A stretch of 64,000 nt of DNA from the NCBI GenBank assembly GCA_963668025.2, contig CAXXTH010000017.1:1536001-1600000 (forward strand), given 5' to 3'. A model generated the notes under the pieces. That model had not been told where the DNA came from. It ran no database searches and worked only from the letters and a program-made list of their open reading frames with translations. Within the stretch, counting starts at the first letter, position 1, and every line of letters begins with the position of its first letter. The translations under genes were made by a program, and so were the position numbers. Shown here piece after piece: positions 47,913-56,977 of this stretch. The DNA is from Candidatus Hydrogenedentota bacterium (GTDB taxonomy: Bacteria > Hydrogenedentota > Hydrogenedentia > Hydrogenedentales > SLHB01).

Positions 47913-47941
47913 TTGACAAGAGTTTATCCCTATACTAGAAT
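47913..47941 (+). promoter_or_regulatory. Near-consensus sigma70 promoter for the pilM operon
   Basis: TTGACA (47913-47918), 17 nt, TAGAAT (47936-47941). Confidence 0.7.
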
Positions 47942-48068
47942 CTGAATCAAAGGCTTACCAGGATTGGGCCGTTTCGTGCATTCCCAGAATGCACGATAAT
48001 TTAAAGCAGCATGAGCGGGGGTGGCCGCGTGCTGCGGATCGGCCAACAACGTTGTGAGAAGGTGAGGG

Positions 48069-50504
48069 ATGGCAGGAAAGCGTAAACGCCGCCTTGTTCT
48101 TGATATCGGCACGAGTGCAATCCGCTTGTGCGAACTGGCCCCAGTTAAAGGCGGATTCCAGTTGACGCGGTATATGCAGCGCGATATCGTCATCGATCCT
48201 TCCACGGATGAAGACACTAAAAATGAAGTGCGCGCGGAAGCCGTCAAGAGCCTCCTCAAGGAAGCCAAGGTTCGGGCGCGCAAAGCGGTCGTGTCGGTAT
48301 CGGGCCAATCCGTGTTTACCCGCCCGCGCATTTTGCCCCCTGTTCCCGAGCACAAAGTTTCTCAAATCGTCCGCTATGAAATACAACAACAGATCCCCTT
48401 CTCCCTCGATCAAATCGCGCTGGATTACCAAGTGCTCGAGCGCGTCGAGGGGGGCGGTTATTTCGTACTCATGGCGGCCATTAAGGTCGATATTGTCGAA
48501 TCGTTCCTGAAGGTGCTGGATAAGCGCTCTTCCGTGAGCGCCGTGGATGTGAATCCGCTGGCGGCGTATAACTGGCTTAAACGCACGGGCGAATTTGGCA
48601 ACCAAGGCGAATGCATCGCCATGGTGGACTTAGGGGCCTCCACGACGGAAATCGTGATCGAGCGGGGCGGTTGTTTCCGTTGGAACCGCACGCTGAGTGT
48701 GGGCGGCAACGATGTCACGCAGGCGATTTCCTCCGAGTTTAATCTAAGTTTCGAGGAAGCGGAACGCTTGAAACGGGAGCGCGCCTTTGCCCCGACGGGC
48801 GATCCGCAACGGGATGGCAAAGCAGGTGAAGTGCTCGGCCGCGCATTGTCCCGGCTGGTCTCGGAAATTCAACGTTCATTTGCCTATTACCGCTCCCAGC
48901 CCGGCGGCGGCGCGGTGTCGCGCGTCGTACTGGCGGGTGGCGGGGCCTGCCTGCGCAATATCGTGCCCTACTTGCAACAGCAGCTTGGCATCGATGTGCG
49001 CATTGCCCAGCCGCTGGCGGGCGTGGCCGTATCTCCCGCCGCGCAAGAAGCGACCGAACATCCCGAACAAGCCGTGGTGGCGCTCGGATTGGCCCTGCGC
49101 TGCATCGAGCGGCCCGCCATCGAAGTGAATCTGATTCCTCCCCGGATCCGGGATGCGGCGAGGCACAAAGAGCAAGCGTTGTACTGGGCGATTTCCGTGA
49201 TGGTGATTATCGCCACTATGGTGGTGAATCTGCCGGCCCGGGCGCGCCAGAATGAATTGGTGCAGGCAAATGTGAATAAGCTCAAAGAGAGCTTGATGCA
49301 ATATGATCCCGCCATGGCGCGGCAGATCGAAAACGCGCAGAATGCAAGCTCCATCCGCTCCCAGTTTGAAGACCAGCTTCAAACAGCCAAGGATAAAGTG
49401 TCGCAATACGAGTCCATGGTTGGCGCATTGGATGCCGCATGTAAGAGCCGCGTGGACTGGCTGATGTACATATTAGCGGTCAACGAAGCCCGGTTGCAGG
49501 CGCAGGAAGCCTCCAAGGACAAGCGCATCTGGATTGCGGATATCGAGTCCACCTATATTGGCCAGCAATCCAGCGGCGGCATGGGTGGCATGCCCGGAAT
49601 GGGCGGTGGCATGCCCGGCATGGGTGGCGGCATGCCCGGCATGGGTGGCGGCATGCCCGGTATGGGCGGCGGCTCAGGCAACAGCACCAGTTTACTGCCG
49701 AGTTCCGGATTTCCGGGTATACAAGCAATGTCCGCCGGTGGAATGGGCGGCATGGGCGGTGGCATGCCTGGCATGGGCGGCGGTATGGGTGGTGGTATGA
49801 TGGGCGGTATGGGAGGCATGGGCGGCATGATGGGCGGCGGCGCTTCCGGCGGCTCGCTCACGGCGGAAATGCGCGAATTGCAGTCCGAGCCTGTTCAGGA
49901 GATGAATGGGCTGATGATTTATGGCTTTGCCAGCCACCAGGATGTAGTGACGTTGTTCCAGAACCAACTGGCCAATTCAGGTAAATTCATCAAAGACGGC
50001 GTCTATCTTGACCCCGGTAGTATTGCCCGCGTGGACAGCTCATCCCTCTACAGCGTTAACATGGGGGGCGGAATGGGCGGCGGCATGGGCGGTGGTATGA
50101 TGGGTGGCATGGGCGGTGGTATGATGGGCGGCATGGGTGGTGGTATGATGGGCGGCATGGGCGGCGGCATGCGGGGCGGCGGAATGGGCGGTGGCATGGG
50201 CGGCCGCATGATCGGCGGCATGGGCATGGGCGGCGGCATGGGTGGAATGGGCGGCGGCATGGGCAGCTTGCCATTGCCGACGGATACCTCCCGCACCGTG
50301 ATTTCATTCCGTATAGATGTTCAATTTTCCGGCGAAGCCGTGGATTTGAAAGCACTGGAATCGGCCGCACAAGGCGGCATGGGTGGCGGCATGCCTGGCA
50401 TGCCGGGTATGCCAGGAGCAGGCGGTGGAATGCCCGGAATGCCTGGGATGATGGGAGCGCCTGGCGCTACGGCCCCTGCCGTAGGTGATGCAGCCGAAGA
50501 GTAG
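48069..50504 (+). CDS. pilM: PilM fused to a PilN-like region, with Gly/Met-rich tracts
   Basis: LDIGTSAI, QIPF.LD, VDLGASTT, GG.DVT, LAGGGA, GLALR, then NLIP (PilN N-terminal motif), TM, coiled coil, F.IDV.F. Confidence 0.9.
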   Translation: MAGKRKRRLVLDIGTSAIRLCELAPVKGGFQLTRYMQRDIVIDPSTDEDTKNEVRAEAVKSLLKEAKVRARKAVVSVSGQSVFTRPRILPPVPEHKVSQIVRYEIQQQIPFSLDQIALDYQVLERVEGGGYFVLMAAIKVDIVESFLKVLDKRSSVSAVDVNPLAAYNWLKRTGEFGNQGECIAMVDLGASTTEIVIERGGCFRWNRTLSVGGNDVTQAISSEFNLSFEEAERLKRERAFAPTGDPQRDGKAGEVLGRALSRLVSEIQRSFAYYRSQPGGGAVSRVVLAGGGACLRNIVPYLQQQLGIDVRIAQPLAGVAVSPAAQEATEHPEQAVVALGLALRCIERPAIEVNLIPPRIRDAARHKEQALYWAISVMVIIATMVVNLPARARQNELVQANVNKLKESLMQYDPAMARQIENAQNASSIRSQFEDQLQTAKDKVSQYESMVGALDAACKSRVDWLMYILAVNEARLQAQEASKDKRIWIADIESTYIGQQSSGGMGGMPGMGGGMPGMGGGMPGMGGGMPGMGGGSGNSTSLLPSSGFPGIQAMSAGGMGGMGGGMPGMGGGMGGGMMGGMGGMGGMMGGGASGGSLTAEMRELQSEPVQEMNGLMIYGFASHQDVVTLFQNQLANSGKFIKDGVYLDPGSIARVDSSSLYSVNMGGGMGGGMGGGMMGGMGGGMMGGMGGGMMGGMGGGMRGGGMGGGMGGRMIGGMGMGGGMGGMGGGMGSLPLPTDTSRTVISFRIDVQFSGEAVDLKALESAAQGGMGGGMPGMPGMPGAGGGMPGMPGMMGAPGATAPAVGDAAEE

Positions 50505-50590
50505 CTTTTAGTCGGTTTAATAGTGCGTGTGTGCGCTGGGCCAGCAATGAGGCATAACAAGGCGGGGCAGGCCCTCCCGGATGTGAGGCG

Positions 50591-51595
50591 ATGAAAAAAC
50601 AGTCTATCATATATGTGGCCATACTGGCTGTTGTATTCGCGGCATTGTACGCCGGGCACCGGGTGTTTGTGGCGGCGCAGCTTAAACAATTTGATGAAGC
50701 GCAGAAGTTCGCCCAAGACTTGGAGGCGAAGGCAAAGGTTTTTCAAACGACCTTTGGCGGCGTGCGGCCCGAGTTAGTGGTCGAGCGCTGGCAGAAAGCC
50801 ATGGATCCATGGATGCAGGCTGCATTACAGCGGCAAGATTATTTTTCCATGGGAGATGTGCTCACAGTCGAGGCCGTGCCAGAAGGAGAGCTGCCGCTCT
50901 TTTTTTATGAAGATCAATACAATAAAATACTCACCGAGCTTACCAAGGAATTATCATCCAAACAAGTGGCGTTGAATTGGACTGGTTTTGGCGCGCCGTC
51001 TCCGGATCAACTAGGAGGCCAGGCGCTCACGAATGACGACGTGGAATATTGGCTTCGTTTGCTCAAGGAGGGCGTCGATACCGTCCAACTGCTGGTGAAT
51101 GCAGGGGCGGTCCAGATTTACTCCGTGGAAATATGGCCCAAGCGTACGGAATATGGCGTGCTGGAAGCACATACGGCGGGCCTGGCTTTTATGATGCAAC
51201 TTGAACCGCTGGCGAAATTTATCAATCAATTGGCCACGGACCCGAAGCGATATTGCAATGTCAACGCATTGCGCATTACAAATCAGAATCTAGTGAGCCC
51301 AGCCAATCCGTGGCTGCAAGTCGAAATGTTGATTACTCGGACTTCTTTCTTGCCGGATGGCACGCCCACCACTACGGCTGGCAGTGCAAGCAGCGCATCG
51401 GGGATGTCTGGGATGCCCGGGATGCCCGGAATGGGCGGCGGCTCTGGCATGATGGGCATGATGGGCGGCGGAATGCCGGGGATGCCGGGGATGCCGGGGA
51501 TGCAAGGGCCTGCCGGCGACACAGGCGTGGGGGCTCCGCGCAAAGACGCGCAGAAGAAGCAAGAGTCTTGGTGGAAAAAATGGTGGCCGTTTTAA
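50591..51595 (+). CDS. PilO-position membrane protein with a Gly/Met/Pro tail
   Basis: N-terminal TM, coiled coil, L.KFINQL..V.ALRI..L.VEM pattern resembling PilO; follows pilMN. Confidence 0.55.
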   Translation: MKKQSIIYVAILAVVFAALYAGHRVFVAAQLKQFDEAQKFAQDLEAKAKVFQTTFGGVRPELVVERWQKAMDPWMQAALQRQDYFSMGDVLTVEAVPEGELPLFFYEDQYNKILTELTKELSSKQVALNWTGFGAPSPDQLGGQALTNDDVEYWLRLLKEGVDTVQLLVNAGAVQIYSVEIWPKRTEYGVLEAHTAGLAFMMQLEPLAKFINQLATDPKRYCNVNALRITNQNLVSPANPWLQVEMLITRTSFLPDGTPTTTAGSASSASGMSGMPGMPGMGGGSGMMGMMGGGMPGMPGMPGMQGPAGDTGVGAPRKDAQKKQESWWKKWWPF

Positions 51596-51623
51596 GGCCG
51601 AATAGGTAAGATGTAGTGGCGCC

Positions 51624-52181
51624 GTGCAAGCGGCGCGGACTGTGGGTCAAAAAGAAGGGGTATTCGTGGAACAACTCCGCAAAATTGGCTTGTGGCTATT
51701 ACTGGTCAAAGAGCGTATTGTCCTTGGGATAGTGGTGCTGTTTTTGCTGGCGCGGTTATACCAGGTATTTAATCCCACACCGCCCCCGGATGTGGAAATA
51801 CCGCCGCCACCCAGCACCGATTTGTCGGCTTCGGAAGCAATGCCTGAGGATCCGCCAGCCCAGCCGGAATCCATCCGGCCTACTCCGGCGGAAGCGCTGG
51901 CCAATAATAATCCGTTTACCGTGCAAAGCAGTCCTCCCGTGGCCCCGGCCGGGGAAGATGGGGAAAAAGCTCCGAATCTTGTGTTGCGCCGCATCCGGGA
52001 AGGCCGCGATGGTGTGGAAGCCGATATCCAGGTGGAAGGCGGAGATCGGGGGCGCTACAAAGCGAATGACACGTTTGGGGACGGCAAGTTCCGAGTTCAG
52101 CGAATTGACCCGGCTGGCCAAACGGTCGAGGTCTGGTCAACAGCGGAACGAAAAGTACTGACGTTGCGAGCTGGAGGATAA
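51624..52181 (+). CDS. PilP/GspC-position protein
   Basis: TM, Pro-rich linker, NPF, small beta domain (F.V..ID..V.V); precedes the secretin. Start may be a downstream GTG. Confidence 0.5.
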   Translation: MQAARTVGQKEGVFVEQLRKIGLWLLLVKERIVLGIVVLFLLARLYQVFNPTPPPDVEIPPPPSTDLSASEAMPEDPPAQPESIRPTPAEALANNNPFTVQSSPPVAPAGEDGEKAPNLVLRRIREGRDGVEADIQVEGGDRGRYKANDTFGDGKFRVQRIDPAGQTVEVWSTAERKVLTLRAGG

Positions 52182-52252
52182 GTTGACTCCGGTGGCGTAC
52201 ATTTTGTATACCAAACTAAACCGAACAGAATTAGCGGGAGGACGATTTCGTC

Positions 52253-55200
52253 ATGAGTAGAAGGATTCCGTGGTTGTGGGCAGCAAGCGGCGAGACTATT
52301 TTGGTTCTCGTGGCGCTTGTCGCGATCTTGGGAATGCCGGCGCTGGCGCAGGATAAGGCCGCAACCTCCACGGATAGCCCGGTCGCCGTGTCTGCTTCGG
52401 AGGCCAGCCTGGACGCAAACCCCTCCCCTCCGCCAGTGGTGGATGGACAGAAGATCTCGCTTAGTACGGATCAACTGAAGCCGGGTGGCTCTCCGGCGGG
52501 CGATGCGTATTTAGGTGGAGTGGATTTATATAACCAGGGGCTATATTCGGAAGCGCTCAACGAGTTTAATCGTGCGCTCGCGCTGGACTCTGGCAATCAA
52601 GATGCGGCTATTTATAAAGCGAAGTGTGAAAGCAAGCTGCAAATGCAGGCTGCTGGCGCGGACACTTCAGGCAAAGAGCCCTTCCGCACGCTGGATCCTA
52701 CCTCCATCCAAACCGGAAATGAGGCGGGCGCTGTCTTGTCAACGGAAGAGCTGCGCGTGCAACAGCTTAAAAAGCTGATTGATGAAGGCCAGTTCTATCT
52801 GGAAAACCAGAAATTCGAGATCGCCCAGCGCCGTTTCCAAGAAGCCTTATTGATTGATCCTAAAAACCTTACCGCTCAAAACGGTCTTCAGAAAGCCACA
52901 TTAGGCGTCGAAGAAAACAAGCTAAAGCGCACGGAAAAAGATCTGGAAATCCAAACCGCGCAAACAAGCACCATGATTAACGATAAGAAATTGTTGCCGG
53001 AAGGCTCCGATCCGACGGGCATTCGACCCCCGCGTTTGCCGGTGGCGGTAAACGAAGAAGTCAATATTAAAGAAGAAGAAACCAAGCGCGTCAAGGTGGA
53101 GAAAGCCCTGGATAGCCCAGTCAGCCTGTTGGAATATGGCGAGAGCGACCAATTCTCCGGCGCGCCTGTTAAATCGGTGACCCCCCCGGACCTCATGATT
53201 TTCATGAATCGCCCGGGATTCCATGTAAGTGAGCTGCTTAGTAATATCGCGGAAATTGCCCAGATCAACATCGTGCTGGACTGGCGTGTGGTCTATCATC
53301 CCAGTGAGCTCGCTTTGCGGGTTCAAGCTCCGATATCTAATATCACCGGCTCGGCGGGCGGTATTCCAGGCGCTGGCGGCGCAACAGGATTCGGCGCTAC
53401 AGGCGGCATGATGGGCGGCGGCATGATGGGCGGCGGCATGGGTGGAATGGGCGGCGGCATGGGCGGCATGGGCGGTGAAATGGGCGGCCTAGGTGGATAC
53501 ACCGTCACTACGGGCCCATATAACACCGACTTTGGCGGCGGCATGGGCGGTATGGGCGGCGGCATGGGCGGCAGCTCTGGCGGCGGCATGGGTGGCAGCT
53601 CTGGCGGAAGGGGCGGAAGCTCCACGGGCCAAGGCGGCAATGATGACCGTTTATATGAGCAAAAAGTGGATGGCTGGGTCTATTATTTCAGCATTCAAGA
53701 TGTGACCGTGCGCGAAACACTGCAAGCGCTACTCCGTCCCTTGGGATTGGATTTCGCCGTCGAGCCCGGATTCATCTGGGTGAGCAAGCCGGAGCGCATC
53801 CGTTATGAATCCTTCGAGGAATTGGAGACGCGTTTCTATCAGTTGCGCAGTTTAGGCACTGAGACCCTTTTCAAAATAGTGCTTGCTGATGATACTGGTG
53901 ACTCCTCCAACACGGGTAGCTCCAACGGCAGCTCAAATAGTTCATCCGGCACCTCGACAACGTCTTCAAGCAATACCGGGTCAGGGTCTTCCTCTTCATC
54001 TAGCAGCGCTGTTTCCTTCAGTAACATATCTGACCTTTTCTCCGAAGGCGATTCCTATTCATATGGTGAAACGCCTCCGATCACTTCAGTGCTGACATCG
54101 GTTCTGCCTGGCGGCGGCACGGGATATTATTACCGTGAATGGCGATATGGTGCAGGTGAATATGGGGATGAAGGCGGCGGCAGTGATTCCGGAAGCGGCA
54201 ACAGCAATAGCGGATCCTCATCTGGCAGTAGTAGTTCCCGCAGTGGGAATTCCAACAGTGGCGGTTCCAGCCGCAGTGGGAGTTCCAATAGTGGCGGTTC
54301 CAGCCGTTCTTCGTCCGGCGGCGGCGGCACGCGCAGCGGCAGCAGTGGCTCAAGCGGTTCCGGTAATAACAGTGGAAGCGGCGATAATGGTGGTGAAAGT
54401 GATCAATCGTCGGATTTGGAGATTTATTTAGAAGCTTTCTTGCCGCCCGTGGCGGATCCGAATACCCGTGAATTGATCTCGTGGGAACTGTATAACCCGC
54501 TGACGAACCAGTTGATCCTGCACAATACGGCGTCGAATCTAGATGAGTTTGAGAAGTCCCTATCAGAATTCGATAAGACGCCCAAGCAGGTCAGTATTGA
54601 ATCCAAGTTCATTACGATTAGTGTAAATGACCTCAAGAAACTTGGATTCACCTGGGGCGGCACCGGCGAGAATCAATCGGCGTCGTTTAGTGATCTCGGA
54701 AACCGAGACCGTGTTGTCCCACAATTTTTACCGACAGATGAAGATCATAGGTACGATTATGATATTAATGGGGACGGTGAACCAGAATCAGTGCCGTTCT
54801 ATTCAAAGCCGGATGGCTCTAATGTGGTGAACAATACGATTACGGAAGGTTTGCTCAAAGCGGCGGCCAATCCCGGATCGACTCTGGGCAGCACGCTGAC
54901 GCTTTCGGGTATTATCACGGATAATGCCGATGGCGACCAGCTTCGCGTCACCATGGATTACTTGAACAGCTTGACGGAGACGGAGCTGTTGAGTGCGCCA
55001 CGCGTGACCACAATGAACCGGAAGCCGGCGGTGATCGCGGACTATTCGACGCGCTACTATCCCACGAATGTCAATACCCAAGTGACCGTAAGCGAAGGCA
55101 ATGCCGTTGGAGGAAGCAATTTGGCTTCCGTTCAGGAATATATAGTGACGGCCTTCAATTTTGGTATCACGTTGTCGGTAACTCCCGCGATTATCGCAAA

Positions 55201-55579
55201 TGATCAAGTGCGGCTCTGGTTGAATCCGCAAGTGACCAGTCTGGATGGAACGGATGGGCCTTTCACGCAGACTACCACGGTGAATGGAGAAACAACCACA
55301 TCGACCATTACGTATCCTCGTCAGCGGACGCAAACGGTATGGACGAACGTCATTGTGCATGACGGAGATACGCTGGTGTTGGGCGGCCTTATCACGGACA
55401 GCTCAACGAAAGGCCAAGACAAAGTGCCTTACCTTGCGGATATTCCGCTGCTCGGTACTTTCTTCAAAGGCAATTCCAAACAAGTCGAGCAGTCGAGCTT
55501 GCTGATATTTGTGACCGTGGATATCATCGATCCCACTGGCGCAAGGTATTTCGAGTCAGAATCTGACTCCGCTTCCTAG
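52253..55579 (+). CDS. Secretin (PilQ/GspD family) with N-terminal TPRs and Gly/Met- and Ser/Gly-rich insertions
   Basis: Signal peptide ALA-Q; TPR-like segments; QVSIESKFI, LLSAPRVTT, VHDGDTLVLGGLI, VPYLADIPLLGTFF. Confidence 0.92.
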   Translation: MSRRIPWLWAASGETILVLVALVAILGMPALAQDKAATSTDSPVAVSASEASLDANPSPPPVVDGQKISLSTDQLKPGGSPAGDAYLGGVDLYNQGLYSEALNEFNRALALDSGNQDAAIYKAKCESKLQMQAAGADTSGKEPFRTLDPTSIQTGNEAGAVLSTEELRVQQLKKLIDEGQFYLENQKFEIAQRRFQEALLIDPKNLTAQNGLQKATLGVEENKLKRTEKDLEIQTAQTSTMINDKKLLPEGSDPTGIRPPRLPVAVNEEVNIKEEETKRVKVEKALDSPVSLLEYGESDQFSGAPVKSVTPPDLMIFMNRPGFHVSELLSNIAEIAQINIVLDWRVVYHPSELALRVQAPISNITGSAGGIPGAGGATGFGATGGMMGGGMMGGGMGGMGGGMGGMGGEMGGLGGYTVTTGPYNTDFGGGMGGMGGGMGGSSGGGMGGSSGGRGGSSTGQGGNDDRLYEQKVDGWVYYFSIQDVTVRETLQALLRPLGLDFAVEPGFIWVSKPERIRYESFEELETRFYQLRSLGTETLFKIVLADDTGDSSNTGSSNGSSNSSSGTSTTSSSNTGSGSSSSSSSAVSFSNISDLFSEGDSYSYGETPPITSVLTSVLPGGGTGYYYREWRYGAGEYGDEGGGSDSGSGNSNSGSSSGSSSSRSGNSNSGGSSRSGSSNSGGSSRSSSGGGGTRSGSSGSSGSGNNSGSGDNGGESDQSSDLEIYLEAFLPPVADPNTRELISWELYNPLTNQLILHNTASNLDEFEKSLSEFDKTPKQVSIESKFITISVNDLKKLGFTWGGTGENQSASFSDLGNRDRVVPQFLPTDEDHRYDYDINGDGEPESVPFYSKPDGSNVVNNTITEGLLKAAANPGSTLGSTLTLSGIITDNADGDQLRVTMDYLNSLTETELLSAPRVTTMNRKPAVIADYSTRYYPTNVNTQVTVSEGNAVGGSNLASVQEYIVTAFNFGITLSVTPAIIANDQVRLWLNPQVTSLDGTDGPFTQTTTVNGETTTSTITYPRQRTQTVWTNVIVHDGDTLVLGGLITDSSTKGQDKVPYLADIPLLGTFFKGNSKQVEQSSLLIFVTVDIIDPTGARYFESESDSAS

Positions 55580-55598
55580 AAAGCAGGAAGGTTATGAT

Positions 55599-55637
55599 AC
55601 GGGCGGTCCCCGGCAGCGCCGAGGGCCGCCCGTTTTA
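55599..55637 (+). terminator. Intrinsic terminator closing the pilus cluster
   Basis: ACGGGCGGTCC...GGGCCGCCCGT followed by a short T run. Confidence 0.65.
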
Positions 55638-55684
55638 CATGTAGAAACGGGTAACAGGCCCGCAGGGAGAAGCGAATCTATAGC

Positions 55685-56977
55685 ATGCGCTATCTCTTAT
55701 ATGATCTGGCTACTTCGGTGGCGGCGGTGGGCGGCGCAGCGTATTTGGCTGCGCATCCTCGCTATCGCCGCTTGTTGAGCCGATTTGCGCCTGCCATTCC
55801 ACCACAAGCCGTTGGCGGCGTATGCGTGCAAGCGTGCAGTGTGGGCGAGGTGGGTGTCGCTCGCCAATTGCTGGCGGCCATGCATTCGCGCTGGCCGGAT
55901 GTTCCCGCATTATTGACCGTCTCGACCGTGACAGGCCGCTCCGTCGCGGAGCAGCAGGGCGGTTCGTGTCCAATTGCTTGGTTTCCCTTCGACCACCGCA
56001 TCTCGGTCGAACGCTTTTTTTCTGCAATGCGCCCCCGCGTGTTGGTATTGGTGGAAACCGAAATATGGCCTAATATTCTGCGAATAGCAGCAGATAAAAA
56101 TATCCCAGTGGTGATGATAAGTGGGCGGCTTAGTGACCGGCATTTTGAACGGTATAAGCGCCATGCGTTCTGGTTCAAGCCACTATTTGGCGCGTTGAGC
56201 GCGGCGGGCATGCAGACGGAAGAGTATGCAGGGCGTATCAAGCAATTAGGCATTCCACCTTGCCGGGTGCATGTGACGGGAAACATTAAGTTTGATGGGG
56301 CGGTAGCGGCTGTTCCCGAAGCGCAATCCGCCCAGCTCCGCCTCGACTCGGGCATACCGGATCAGGCTCCTGTAGTGGTTTTCGGCAGCACACGGCCAGG
56401 CGATGAGGCGCGGGCGGCGTCGGCATGGAAATGCCTTCGCGAGATGTTTCCAGAACTCCGAATGATCGTAGCGCCACGGCATGCCACCCGCCTCCGGGAA
56501 GCCCTTGAACCATTCGCGGGGGAGTCTTTCCTGTTGCGTTCGGAGATGCTCTCAGGAAAAAGAATAAATCACGAGCGAATCATCGTTCTGGATACGGTAG
56601 GAGAATTGGCCTCCTTCTATGCACTGGCGTCGGCCGTGGTGATAGGCGGCAGTTTTGATCCCGCTATTAATGGGCATAATCCTATCGAGCCTGCGGCTTT
56701 AGGTGTACCTACGCTATTTGGGCCGTACATGAGGAATTTCAAAGACGCCGCCGCATTGCTCGAGTCTTCCGGTGGTGCGCGCCAAGTGCAAGAAGAAGAG
56801 TTGCCTGAAGCCCTTAAAGAGGTGCTTTCGGATCGGCAATTGCGCGAGTGCATGGGAGCGCACGCGCGTGCTACCGTGCTGCAAAATCAGGGGGCTTTAA
56901 AACGCACTCTGGATCTGCTTGAACCGTTCATGCATGATGGCGGATATGTTCATTCAGCAATAGAAACGGATAGTTGA
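55685..56977 (+). CDS. waaA: 3-deoxy-D-manno-octulosonic acid (Kdo) transferase
   Basis: ACSVGE, PFD, ETEIWPN, TGNIKFD, GST, APRH, DTVGEL, GGS..GHNPIEPA. Confidence 0.95.
   Translation: MRYLLYDLATSVAAVGGAAYLAAHPRYRRLLSRFAPAIPPQAVGGVCVQACSVGEVGVARQLLAAMHSRWPDVPALLTVSTVTGRSVAEQQGGSCPIAWFPFDHRISVERFFSAMRPRVLVLVETEIWPNILRIAADKNIPVVMISGRLSDRHFERYKRHAFWFKPLFGALSAAGMQTEEYAGRIKQLGIPPCRVHVTGNIKFDGAVAAVPEAQSAQLRLDSGIPDQAPVVVFGSTRPGDEARAASAWKCLREMFPELRMIVAPRHATRLREALEPFAGESFLLRSEMLSGKRINHERIIVLDTVGELASFYALASAVVIGGSFDPAINGHNPIEPAALGVPTLFGPYMRNFKDAAALLESSGGARQVQEEELPEALKEVLSDRQLRECMGAHARATVLQNQGALKRTLDLLEPFMHDGGYVHSAIETDS

Noticed and set aside
49553-50296. Pro/Met-rich minus-strand ORFs
   Set aside because: Mirror images of the Gly/Met tracts in pilMN.
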